A stretch of DNA of 63,366 bases, the filler included, from Nemertoderma westbladi (Eukaryota; Animalia; Xenacoelomorpha), in the NCBI GenBank assembly GCA_032718475.1. It is 3 parts of 3 records of this genome, joined end to end, with 100 filler letters (N's around TTAATTAATTAA, not from the genome) between each part and the next. Parts side by side here need not be neighbours in the genome. Positions count along the whole stretch, not along the records: positions 1 to 27,591 come from JAUCBJ010005971.1; 2 more parts are not named here. The stretch is one strand, 5' to 3'. The position numbers and the translations under genes are program-made. The notes beneath the pieces were generated by a model. It did not search any database and was not told the DNA's origin. It saw nothing but the letters and a program-made list of their open reading frames with translations. Every line of letters begins with the position of its first letter. Position 1 is the stretch's first letter. Below are positions 12,251-24,590 of the stretch, piece after piece.

Positions 12251-13913
12251 AAAAAAAGACCAATATCCGCATTACATAGAGTAATGCGGATATTGGACAC
12301 ATGAACTGAAGTTCTTCAACCTTTCTTACCAACTTCCTACAGCTATTTACTGTAAATGTACTTCCACGGAGAACCTATCTTTCCGCATGAGATGGTTTGA
12401 GCTAACTCTCAAAATTCGGCCATATCGTGGGTTAAGAATCAAAAAGACTAAGTCGACTTAGGTGATTTTTTGGAAAATATCGAATCTTAGGGATGCTCTT
12501 TCCGATGGTGATACTTAAAATGCTTGAAATTCTAGATTAGCCAAAAGTATGTATTAAACAAAAAAATAAAGCCTATGTGCAGAATATGACAATGTGATAA
12601 CAAGCAAAATAACCTAACAGCATTTGGTTTAAAATTTATGTATTGACTATTAGTTTAGTGAAAACCCAAATACACTTGGTTTTTTGTTTTTGTTGTTCTT
12701 ATCATCATAAAATGACATGATATTAACAATTATGTTTAATTAACAATGATATGACTTTGACTGGTATTTCATATTGATTTAGTGGTGGTGTGGTGGTGGG
12801 GTATAGAACATGGGTGGGTTCCCATTTCTATAATTTTGAATTTTGATTATATTGAGATTTCATAATACATTGAGATCATTGAAATGTGTGCAATGACACC
12901 ACGCCGGGAAAAACGCCAGACTATGGCAAAGGGGTATTTAACACTGCAGTTCCACTTTATGACCATAATTTTATAGATGGGTCTCATTATACATTGTCTC
13001 AATCATCTGGAATATCTGAAGATTTCACCACAGATCTGTGAGATTTTACGGGCTACTTTTGGAGAACCACAGACCAATAAGAAATCTCATGGGAAACCTA
13101 TTCTAACTCATGATGTAGCAAGTCGACCACCAAGTGTGCTGAAATTGTGTGTACAGGGTCAGCTCCTAAAAAAATGGTCTGCTAAGATATGTAAAGATAG
13201 ACTTTTAGCAAGTTATTCTAGCAATATTTTGGAGTTAGCAACATAAGCCAGCCACCAAAATCTACAGCTACTGATTCCAAAGTCCAATACTAATTCATCC
13301 AACCAACTTTTTACTGGAGAGTATATATCCAAGAAGATCTGATTAGAGGTGCACGCACATGTATCACAATGTATCAGTTCAGTTCGTGATACCATAATAT
13401 AATATAATATATTATTAATATGAATCCACGAAATAATACTAACTATAATACTGTTTGTGAGGTAATCAAGATGTCAGTAAATTTCCAGTTTTCAGTTCAG
13501 TTTTCCTGTAAAGTTACACATGATATATGAAATCTACATTAGATCTCTCTTGAATATACAGTTGTTGTGATGTGCTTGTGTGGGTATAAATTTTTATATA
13601 ATAATTTGCTGCAATAACAAATGGAATTAGTAGTATTGGTACCTTTGTTGGCATTTCTTATATATTCTGTCACTGAAACTAGTATTTCAATCAATCAATT
13701 AATTAATTGCATGAAGATTGTATTCTATCGCATAAAACAAATTTAGGTGGAATGGACAAAATATCTTTGCAGCTAGAGCAACCGACATTGAGTATGAGCA
13801 AATTTTCTGAAATACATAAGTTAAGTTGACGTTTTTGTTGTGGGCATATCAATTTAAGATACTGAACAAGACACTAATGTATCTTCGTAAAATTGAGAAA
13901 TAATGCTACTCAC

Positions 13914-14197
13914 CTTGAAGACTGGACAGAACCCCGTGGTGATGGTATAGAACCTCTTGCTGATTGTATTGATCCCCTTGCCGATTGGATAGAACTTCTT
14001 GCTGATTGGATTGATCCTCTTGGAGATTGGATTGAACCTCTTGGTGATTGTTGTATAGAAGCACAAGAAGGGCTTCGCGATCCGCAAGAAGATCCACTGG
14101 ATCTTCTGCGATCAGTAAGAGCTGGGGGAATTGTAAATTCAGGTACACTTTGCGGTGTCAGTATGTAAGGACACCTCATTTGCTGTAAAGGAGTCAT
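13914..14197 (-). CDS. C2CD4-like gene, exon 1 (MTPLQQMRCPYILTPQSVPEFTIPP... with (S[PA]RGSIQ)n repeats)
   Basis: CPYILTPQSVPEFTIPP resembles the C2CD4 N-terminal 'CPNVLTPDRIPEFxIPP'; donor AAG|gtgagt at 13913. Start codon uncertain. Confidence 0.75.
13918..14060. repeat. 21-bp coding minisatellite, ~6-7 units
   Basis: Units like 'gattggattgaacctcttggt'; encodes S[PA]RGSIQ heptads on the minus strand. Confidence 0.85.
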
Positions 14198-15790
14198 ATT
14201 GTAGATGTGATTTGCTGACTAAACATCTGGTAACTGCAGCATCATTTGTTGTACATATTTTATATAACGTATTTTTCTATCAAAGTAGTAGAACAAAAAG
14301 CTTTAACAACAGAACTCCAATATGTTTTACAACACTGGCAATTGCAACAAAAACAACTATGACAACATTACATATTCGTGCATTAGGCCCATGCATAGGA
14401 TTTACAAGATAATATGTATGTTGGCGGATTCAATCTGCTTCGGGAGATTCCCGTCGTCCCGAAGAAACACTCCTGGAGAGTTATACTACAAACCAGGACA
14501 GAGAAGATGAGCAAAGCAAGGGGTTAGCGAGGGTGAATCGAAGAAAAAGCCAATCTGCAGTTTGGCGGTGGCGGGGAGAACTTCTCGGAACATTTGAGAA
14601 GGGGAAACTTCGGTTTGGAGAACCACATACAGACAGCAGCACATACTGCAGGCATTGGCAGAGTAGGGGATATGTCAACACAAACACCGGAATTATACCC
14701 GGAAGTTGTGTGCTATATACCAATAACTAGGCTAGAACCTGTTAGAATGGGAATATGGCCATCCAGCCAAGATAATCCGACAAACCCTGACAGGGATAAT
14801 ATCAGACAGACTTATCAACAGCCCACCCATCATTAGAGCCTTCTCAACGAGCATAGAAAAAGCGCTAATAATCCTGAAGATGTTAGAAGCCCAGACACTG
14901 AGCAATGGAAAGAAATTCCATCTGATGAACAGAGACTTTATACATGGACACAGGTACTTGTCCAGTATGCGTACCCCCCCCCCCCCCCCCCCTCCCCACC
15001 ACCAAATTTTTTGTACTAGCTAGTTTTTGATTTCTTTTTTTTGATATGTTCAAGAACTTATTAGCTATTTGTTTATAAACAATAATGTTCTAGAACAAAT
15101 ATTTTTTATTCTGGAACATATTAAAAAAAGTTTGTATGAAGATCTTATGAATTCGTTATATCAACAGTATTTAAGCTTTTTAATGATACTCTGGCAACAT
15201 TATTCTAGAACATTGAAACTTATTCATTTTCAATTAGCTATATATATATAGGCTAGAGTTCCGTACGTCCTCCCATTTTTAAAATGACTTGAATTGCCCG
15301 TTGAATTGCCCGAAATATTGCAATCCGAGGAAAATGCAATTGAACACTGGTATAGCTTGGGTGATCTTTTTTCAAATTTTAAAAATACTGTAATATTTTT
15401 TATTTTACCAGTGCCAAAGGCAGAATAAGGGTGACGGCGGGTTACACTTTAGTGCCCATGATAGGCTAGGCTGTACTGTATGATTCGGTAGGCCTTTTAA
15501 TTAGTTAGTTAGAGTTAGGTAAGGTCTAAAGATTTTTCGTATTTGTTATACAAGGGAAACATTCAACAATATAACGGTAGGCTTGCTGTAAGATATTTAT
15601 GTTTATTACCGGTATCCGGTAGACTGTATTTACCGTACAGTACAATTGTATCTAAACTATTATACTATAATAGGCTTTTGAATAAGTTTACATTGGCTAT
15701 CTTTTGATATATTGTATTATTTTGTATTATTTTATATTATTTTATATTATTTTTACATTCATATTTTGTATTCTAACCCGAACGATCAAG

Positions 15791-16208
15791 ATGCCACGCA
15801 AGAGAAAGAACACTTGTGGTAATTGTGGTGATGCTTCTCACAATAAACGGACGTGCCCACTGAGGGAATTAGGCGCTGAGAATATTATCGCCCCACCGAT
15901 TGTCTCCCAGGCCATTGACGCCCCAGCCCTTGTGCCTGTCCCTGCCCTTGTCCAGATCCTTGCCCCTCCTGACCCAGCCCTTGTCCCTGCCTCTGCCCTT
16001 ATTCCTACCCCAGCCCTTGTGCCTGTCCCTGCCTCTGCCCTTATTCCTACCCCAGCCCTTGTGCCTGTCCCAGACCCAGTCCCTGCCCTTGTCCCTGGCC
16101 CTGCCCTTGTCCCGATCCTTGCCCCTCCTGACCCAGCCCCTATCCCGGTCCTTGTCCCCGCTTCAACTCCTGCCCTTTCCCGGCCGTCTGCTTCCAACCA
16201 TGCTGAGG
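15791..16208 (+). CDS. Merlin-borne exon: CCHC knuckle (CGNCGDASHNKRTC) plus Pro/Ala/Val-rich repeats; probable spliced N-terminus of the transposase
   Basis: MPRKRKNTCGNCG…; repeats of PALVPVP; GT donor sequence 'gtgagt' near 16209. Confidence 0.55.
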
Positions 16209-16348
16209 GTGAGTTATGTTACTTTATAACAACTGTATCTCTAATTCTGTGGTATGTAAACATTACAATGCGTTTTGCAGGGCTACTTACAACTGTTCAC
16301 TCTTGCTAAGTTATTATAACCAAATAATAAAATAAAATAAATGCTTGG

Positions 16349-17106
16349 TTGCTCTGCGGGTGTGCCATATCATTTGCTCAATCAATGGAGCTGTTGCCTA
16401 TAAATAGTGAAAATAGCGATAACAATATTCGTTACTGCTGTAAAGCAGATTGTTTTGAATTGACATATCTTTCTGTTATAAATAAAGATGGTTTTCCGTG
16501 GTTGGTATTTAGATGTAGAGGGCGCGAGAAGCATTACACTTCAGCTAGGAATAATACCTGGTTTTCAAGATCAAATATGCTTGTCAGGCAGATATTGATG
16601 ATCGAATACCTATTCACAAATCAAATAAACAAAAACCAGCACAGAATGCTTGGGGGGGGCGTAATCGGTGAAGGTAAAAGTTGGCAAATGTTAAGGGTGG
16701 CACTGAAATTCATTCCGATGAATGGGTTGCATACTGTGGTACTTCCGTAGGCATAACCAACAAAAAACGACCATGGGGAGCAGCAGATGGTAGTGGAAGG
16801 TATAAGCATTTGACGGTTAATTATAGCAGAAAGGGAAGGGGACGCTTCCTAGATCGAAACACGAGTGCTAACACACAAAGGATTGAAGTAATGTGGCGTC
16901 ATGCAAAGCTAAATGTCATGAAGAAATACGGGCCAAAGAAAACCACCCTCCAGCAACACCTTGCCGAGTTTCGGTGGCGTCAACTGCATCAAGAGACGCC
17001 AATGAAAGACTTACTGAAGTTGATTGTTGACCATTATAAATGCTATAACTTTACAGTATGGATATTAAATATTAATGTGTCTAGTCAAATTACTTGTAAT
17101 TACTGA
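16349..17106 (+). pseudogene. Merlin transposase, internally deleted and frameshifted
   Basis: GTEIHSDEWVAY..HLTVNYS..F.D..ANTQRIEVMWRHAK..LQQHLAEFRWR; the VQIDES segment present in the 62418-63366 copy is missing. Confidence 0.85.
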
Positions 17107-17177
17107 ATAAGATACGATACAATATTTATATTGAAATCTATTTGTTAATAAATTAAAATTTATTAGCTACCATCATA

Positions 17178-18082
17178 CACCATATCCCAGAATATAGTGT
17201 CGTAATTCAGTGACACGCCCCCCCCCCCCCCCTAATTTTTCTACAAATCCTAATGAGATTGCATAAAATTTGAAACAGAGATAGTTTCACCTCCCGACCA
17301 CTGACAGGGTGAGCCAGAATTTTTATTTTTGCTTGCAATCTTTAGCTACAAGCGCTTAAAAAAGTGTCTCCATCGATATTACACCAGTTACACCGCAGTT
17401 ACTTCTACAGTAACAGTACCTTATAGCTGTTTCTTGGTACCACTGGAAAGCTGGTCATGCAAGGATTCCAAATATGTAACACAATTTTAATTTCGTTGAA
17501 AAATAGTGAGATATGAGCGTTCAAATGTTGCATGGTTATGCACCGGCGTGAGGCTATTTTATTCTATTAATAAATAAACCATATTCTGGAACATTTTTTA
17601 AATGTATGAATAGCTACGTAATAATATGATTAAAGATGTAATGCATTGTCGCCCAGCTACGTATTTGGATAAACAAAATATTCCAGATTATGATGTATTT
17701 ATTAAATAGAATAAAATAGCCTCGCATAGGTGCATAACCATGCAAAATTTGAACGCCCATATCTCCGCTATTTTTCAACGAAATTCAAATTGTGTTACAT
17801 ATTTGGAATCCTTGCATGACCAGCTTTCCATTGGTACCAACAAACAGCTAGAAGGTAGAATAATAACTGCGGTGTAACTGGTGTAATATCGCTGGAGACA
17901 CTTTTTTTAAACTAGCCAAAGATTGAAAGCAAAAATAAAAATTCTGGCTCACCCAGTCAGTGGTCGGGAGGTGAAACTATCTCTGTTTCAAATTTCAGGA
18001 AATTAAGATTTGTAGAAAAATTAGGGGGGGGGGGGGGGGGGGGGTGTCACTGAATTACGACACTATATTCTGGGACATGGTG
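17178..18082. mobile_element. ~905-bp palindromic MITE (Tc1/mariner-like, TA TSD) nested in the Merlin element
   Basis: ta|CACCATATCCCAGAATATAGTGTCG...CGACACTATATTCTGGGACATGGTG|ta; arms complementary for roughly 400 bp. Confidence 0.9.
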
Positions 18083-19429
18083 TAATTTTATTGAAAAATT
18101 TCAAAATATTAAAAAAAATTATTTTATTTATTTTATACCAACCATCCCATGCATTTTAAGAACAAAGCAGGTTGTCTAAAACATGTTCTACAACAAAATA
18201 TATTTGTTCTAGAACATTATTTTTTTCAAAATCAAATAGCTAACATGTTTTGGTACATTTCAAAAAAAGAAATTATCAAAAACTAGCTAGTACAAAAAAT
18301 TTTGTGGGGGGTGTACGCATACTGGACTAGTACCTGGACACACAGAAATTTTGTGGGGGGTGTACGCATACTGGACTAGTACCTGGACACACAGGCTATG
18401 TAATAAATGTGTCAAACAAGGACACATAGCAAGGACGTGTCCATACCGAGAGAGTAGTAAAACTGACCAGGGGGAAACAATAGCCACGACTATTGGCCCA
18501 AAGAAGGCCCAGACGAAAGTTCTATTGAACGTTGACTGACAAGAACCGAAATATTCCCATGGGTGTCAGTAGATGTTACATAGAAAGCGTGACAGGCGAT
18601 TACAGCGCGGATCTGGAACCAATCCATGTGATGGATTCTATAAACATCAGTGCGCAGCGACCAACACAACCAGAAGAGGTAGCCTAGTACCCACACTTGG
18701 AGGGTATTGTCCAACATAACATATATGATTGATTACTTATTTAGCTTTTCACTTAATTCTCCCTTTATTTTAATTAGTTACCAATACAATATTACACAGA
18801 TAAGATACACTATGCTAACTTAAAACTAATATAAAACGGAATTACGGTACTAAGTAAATAATTAATAACCTAATATCTGACTGTACTATTGTACTTTTTT
18901 TACAGTGCTCATTGAGGTGAAAATTAAATGAGGTGTTTTTCATTTCAATTTTTAATACAGTTGAAAAAGAGAGTTATCTGTTTCTAAAGATTTATAAATA
19001 GGGATGTAAAAGTTTGCAGCACTATCTCTGGTACTGTAAGAGTGTGTTTCAGGTAATTAGGACACTTTCCGTTATACACTTTATGCACAAATGGGAGGGG
19101 CGACACGGTAAATTTATAATTGTAAAATGGAACAATGGTACAATGGTACATGTAGTGCACAGATGGAGTAGAGTGTTGTAATCTTTATGAGAATACTTAT
19201 GTTATAATACAATGTATAATTTTAATTAATAATACAATGTATAATTTTAATTAATAATTACAATGTAATATATATGTAGCAATGTGCTTGAAATATTGTT
19301 CACGCTGATAGTCAATAATAAAGAATTAAAAAACAGATATGAATGTATAATGTATTGAAGTAAGTGCTACAGTGGACATCCAGGCCAATCAATCGTATGA
19401 ATGATTATACATAATTTTAAGGGGTAGCT

Positions 19430-20510
19430 TCTTAACTGCTCAGGAGAGGACCTTCGAATACGTAAGGGAAAGGCATGGGCAGCCTGGAATAGGCTTTCCA
19501 GGATTTGGAAGTCACAGAGAATTAATCAGAAACTTAAGGTCCGATTATTTAGAGCAGCAGTAGTTCCAGTACTCCTTATGGGAGTCCATGCTGGGTTCTA
19601 ACTGCTGAGGACACCAAATGTCTGGATGGCACATTCACAAGAATGCTACGCCGGGTTCATTGTGTCATGTACAATTATTTTATTTTATTTATTTATTTAT
19701 TTAAACCAGACAATTATATCATAGGGATATTACGTCCATAACTACAGAACCGGTAATATTGTACACAAGCAGAGCACGACCCATTAAAAAGCGCAAAACA
19801 AAACTATATTGTGTATTAAATATATTGTGTATATTATACACAATATATTGAAAAATATATTGTATATTGTAATATATATTAGTAAAAGATTGAAGGATAA
19901 AAAAAAATGTGCACAGCAAGTAATAATGTAGGCAGATTATATTATAAAAAATCAATTGTTTCACGAATCCGACTCGACCGAGAAGTTGCCACCGCTACAG
20001 CCTGTAATAAACTGTTATTTGACTCCTCCAGGCGGTTGAGTAAAGAAACTATTGCATTATACCTAATATGTATAAATTTAGGCAAATCAAGTTGCCCAAA
20101 CATCAATGAGACACTATAGTCGTAACTATAACGAAAAAGACGTCTGGCTATGTTATTATAACCAACTCGGAATTTATTGTATATGCACACATCTCCAACC
20201 AGACACTATATAACATTGGAAGTGACTCATTGGTTCCCCCAAGCTTGACACTAGAACGAAGTCACCTCCACTTTGCAGGACATTGCTTTCCCGTGAGGAC
20301 AAGCCAGTGCATAATCTTGTGCTTTGGCAGTCTCATGGAGTGAATAAGCATGGTGGACAGCCCATGACCTTCTTGAGACCTGGCCTTGAAGGTGCGGATG
20401 ATCTAGCAAATTTCATGGGTGATAGGGAGTTGTGGTGGCTCAATTTTGTCGACAAGCCGGCACAGGATTCTTAAAAATGCAGCTGCAATGCAGCATACCG
20501 ATCCTAATAG
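19430..20510 (+). mobile_element. RTE-like LINE 3' fragment interrupted by another LINE tail
   Basis: Near-identical to 58790-59370; interrupted at ~19675-20181. Confidence 0.85.
19675..20181 (-). mobile_element. 5'-truncated LINE (ORF2 C-terminus, 3' UTR, (AATAA)n tail) inserted antisense in the RTE
   Basis: ORF ..YNNIARRLF..SVSLMF..LLNRLEESNNSLL..; tail aataaataaaataaaataa; RTE sequence resumes at atgcacacatctcc. Confidence 0.7.
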
Positions 20511-20639
20511 TGCTTAACTAAACTAACTCAACATGCATAGTGGGGTAGTCCGGCAGATATTGGATTGCATTATACCTTACAGTGAAGTATATATTAATCA
20601 GATTGAATAAATCGTATAAATCATATAAATCAGATTGAA

Positions 20640-23503
20640 TGACCCAGCACAGATACATACGAAAGCACATCTACTGGATGTCAATTATCAATCGAGGCTC
20701 CATCTCATACAACTATAATGCTGTGGATTGTTGAGGGTTTTAAATACTTACAATGTGTCGCCAGTCCACATGAACTACTTCAGAACTGTGATATAGCATT
20801 GTTAACAGAAATGTTTATCAGCGATGCTACTCTCTCTAGATAGTTACTGACCTTTTATTCAGCCTGCAACACAGCCACCATGAGGCCCCCACAGGGTGGG
20901 CTTGTTATTCTTGCGAAACCAGAACTGACACCAAAATTTATTACTTCAACAGAAAATTACATAGTTATACACACAACCATTGGTTTTATTCTGGTATTTT
21001 ATTTTACCCCTGATACAACTGTTGGTGATATTTTATTGAGTGTGTATGAAGCACTTACATACACTAGACCTGACTCGTCAATAATAGTCCGCGGAGACTT
21101 TAACTGTCATATAGATAACGGGGCTCAAGACAATCACGGAAGTGATCTAATGAGCAGCCTCAATTCGATTGATTTCGCGCTTCAAAACAGTCCCTCCGAA
21201 TTTACGTACTACACTCCTCAAGGTACTAGCACTATCGATCTCTTCTTCGTTCGCAATCCAACTTGGGTAGATTCCACATGCGAAACCAGAATGATGCTGG
21301 ATCCACTGCGGAAGCACCAGCGAACGGTCTTGTCGTGTAGTATCACCAAGTGACAAGTAGTTGACAAACCAGCTTTGAAACTATTGCGAAGATTGGACAC
21401 TGATTCCCTTCAACACCATCTACACACTGAAGACATTATCTCCAGCCTTCTAAACAATGATGTTGACTCTGCTGTAACCGATATAAACGAAGCTATTTCG
21501 TCAGCCGCACGCGGAAAGTCTTTGAAAGAACTAACCACCAGCAACTGTGGTTTGATGAGGAATGCCGCAGTAAGAAACAAGAGCTGCTCACGTTGCTGAA
21601 TAACCAGGGCCGACAAACGCAAGACGTAGTTATATACTGGGATCTTCGGCAGTGCTACAAAAAGTTACTGAAGGCAAAGAAGACTGCACACGACGAAGCT
21701 CAGCTACTACTGAAAAGGTTAGCACGGACTGAAATTACTCCATGGTCTCTGTGGGCGGAAACTCATAGTCCATCAACAGCACCTATCGATATAGAGAAGC
21801 TTGAAGATCACTTCAATGGCCTGATTGGGCAAACAGAGATGTTCGATAATGAAGAGTCTGAGATGCCGCTACCAGAACCTACAGAGAAGAACACAGGTGA
21901 CTGGTTCAATTGGCGACCGAAGTAAAAGTCGCCATTGATAAAACAGCTAACAAGAACGCCTGTGGCTTGGACGGTTTATTTTATGAGCATATTAAGCTCG
22001 ATTTACAATTTTTACTGACTATTCTGGTCCTACTGTATAACACATGCCTAAATATTAGTTGTATTCCTTGGATTTGGAGAATGAGTATTATGAAGGTTCT
22101 ATACAAAGGTAAAGGCAGCACATCAGATCCCTGTAACTATCCTTGATTTGTGTTCTACTAAAGATACTAACATCTGTTATTGATACACGCGTCGTAACAC
22201 ACGCTAGACATTTATTTCCCCCAGAGCAATATGGATTTATCAATGGCAAATCAACGAGACAAGCAATTAGAAAATTAACTAGTTTTATATATGATAACCT
22301 ATATGCCGAGGCTGACCCTTCAACTCCCATCTACGCAGCTTTCATCGACTTTAAAAAAGCGTTTGACATGGTGGATAGGAAAATCTTACTCTGGAAAATG
22401 TACACACAATTCAATATTAAAGGAAAACTATACGATCTAATTAAAGACATATTAAATAACTCAGTAAAACTTTGCGATGGAATACGATATTCATCACCGA
22501 TTCAACAGCTGTGTGGTATTTTACAGGGAGACTGCTTTTCTCCTACAGCATTTGTAATGTTTATAACAGACCTGGCAACATGTTTGCGTCGTATTGGGTC
22601 GACTCTATGGTTCATCTTCTTTGCAGATGACTTGGTTCTGTACTCCTCTGATAGATCTGGTATCCAATCGGCCCTGGACGAATTATGTACTTGGTGTAAA
22701 GAAAATAAAATGTATTTAAATCTCACCAAAACAAAAATAATGAAGTTTCGACGAGGGGGACGATTAGCAAACCAGGATAAGTTCTTTTTTGATGGTCAAC
22801 CTGTAGAAATTTCTAACAGATATGTTTATCTAGGAGTTACGCTACAACCAACGCTCTGCTTTTCTCAGCATATTGAAAACAAAAAACAACGAGCCTTCTT
22901 ACTAATTGGTTGTTTAAGAAATATTAACCTTGTTTCTATCGAAACTGGTCTAAAGATATTTAGGATGAAAATTTACCCACAGCTTCCCCGAGATTGCACA
23001 ATATTTCACATCTGCTAACTTAAAAGAAATAGATAAAATTAAAGCCAAGTTTCTTAAACGTCTTCTCTGTCTCCCCATGAACTCATCGGCGACTCTAGCA
23101 CGCCACCTTGCTAACTGTGAAACTCTAGTAGACGATATAATCAAACAGCATCCTGGAATTATAAAACCATCAGTCCTTGAAGAATATCGAAAATATCGTA
23201 TAGAACGAGAGAGAAACTTTGAAAATGAACATTACACTGCTGGTCCAGCCTTCAGCTGTTCGACATGGATACAAGGAAACCAGGCCAATCGACATATTGT
23301 TACCAGGGCGACTTCATATGGTTTCCACCACCTCATTTGCACTAACCCGATTCCGTTTCATGATCTTTCATCCACTGTATGCTCATGTAAATATTGCGGG
23401 AACAGCTCTGTGGATCGATATCATGTCCTATCTTGTAGCTCCTCGCCACCACTCTCTGATCTCTCTGGGTGTAAATAAATAATAACACATACGTTTTTAA
23501 TTT
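20640..23503 (+). mobile_element. Non-LTR retrotransposon ORF2 (APE + RT + C-terminal CCHC), frameshifted; clade uncertain (RTEX/L2-like)
   Basis: GDFNC, STIDLFF, QYGF, FIDFKKAFD, GILQGD, FADD, YVYLG, CKYC..DRYHVLSC; tail taaataaataa. Confidence 0.9.
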
Positions 23504-23604
23504 GATTTTGTCTAGTTTGCTTTTTAAACTCATTCTCATAATCTATCTTCAACTAACTAGCCTATATTTTTAAGATTATTATGTTAGTATTTTATTTTTA
23601 TCAT

Positions 23605-24590
23605 GTTCCACAACATTTGTGTCTACAGCTGATGGTGACAGATCCATTCGAAGTCCTATGGTAAATATCAGGTAATACACTTGCACCATTCTTGTTCATA
23701 ATTGATGTTGATTATGTTCTACGAATGTCCTTTAACCATCTTAATAAAGATGGGTTGATGATAATGATCCCTCTGTCACAAGAAGTAGATAAAATCCAGC
23801 AACTGATCTAGACTTTGCTAATGACTTTGGGGCTTGCCTGAATCACTGGAGGGAGCCCAAAGGTTCCTCTGCTCATTGGAGCAGGCTGCTAGTGTTGGTC
23901 TTTTTGTAAACTCCAAGAAAACCAAAATTTTGACAGTGAAGTTTGACATCCCTCAGGAAATGTCTGATCTTATGAGCATAAGCTCCAGGGATAGCTTGCT
24001 TAAGCAATTTCTGCTACCTGGGATCATAGATCCAGAAATCAGGCGAAGGAAGACCTTTGAATACGTACAGAGAAGTATTTTAGTTTATTATGTGGGGGTA
24101 AGACGCTTGTGTTTACCATTTAGTTAATATAAATCTATGGATGGCACTTATACAATGCTATGTATATATACTTCTACAATATAATGCTATGCTGGGTTCA
24201 TTGAGTCAAGTAGAATGAACACATCTCCACCTTTACAACATTGGAGGTGTTTCATTAGTCTCCCCAATTTTGACTCTTGAACCGAGCCACCTCTGCTTTG
24301 TAGTAGTACATTACTTTTGCTGTGAGGACCAGCCAGTGCACAATCCCATGTTTTGGAGGCCTCATGGAGTGAATATGAATGGCTAGAAAGAAGCCCATGA
24401 CTTTCGTGAGGCGCCTCTTAGAGGACACTGGCCTGGAAGATGAAGATGATCTAGCATATGTCATGGGTGATTAGGAAGTTGTGGCAGTGCAATTTTGTCG
24501 AGAAGCCGGCAAAGCATTCTTAATATATATATATATAATGCAGCTGAAATGCAGCCTGCTGGATGATAGTAGTAGTAGTAGTAGTGGTAC
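23605..24590 (+). mobile_element. Degenerate RTE-like LINE 3' copy with (TAG)n tail
   Basis: Homologous to 56200-56415 plus 58550-59370; ends atagtagtagtagtagtagt. Confidence 0.8.

Larger units (their letters stand above)
14953..18334 (+). mobile_element. Merlin (IS1595/ISXO2-like) DNA transposon with both ends, internally degenerate
   Basis: TIR GGTACTTGTCCAGTATGCGTAC../..GTACGCATACTGGACTAGTACC, extending imperfectly for >150 bp; 8-bp TSD TGGACACA at 14945-14952 and 18335-18342. Confidence 0.9.
14440..18720 (+). mobile_element. Degenerate retrotransposon gag/ORF1 with CCHC zinc knuckle, split by the Merlin insertion (pieces ~14440-14952 and ~18384-18720)
   Basis: Left piece ends ..HLMNRDFIHGH; right piece continues HRLCNKCVKQGHIARTCP (CX2CX4HX4C). 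Confidence 0.5.

Noticed and set aside
12977-13395. ORFs near a ttttatag acceptor as extra exons
   Set aside because: No recognisable motif or compatible partner exon; exon 1 to exon 2 phases already fit without them.
13893-14168. Plus-strand (DWIEPLG)n ORF
   Set aside because: Antisense shadow of the minisatellite in the C2CD4-like exon.
15838-16229. GTRAG- and LSLP-repeat ORFs in alternative frames
   Set aside because: Stop-free by-products of the Pro-rich minisatellite.
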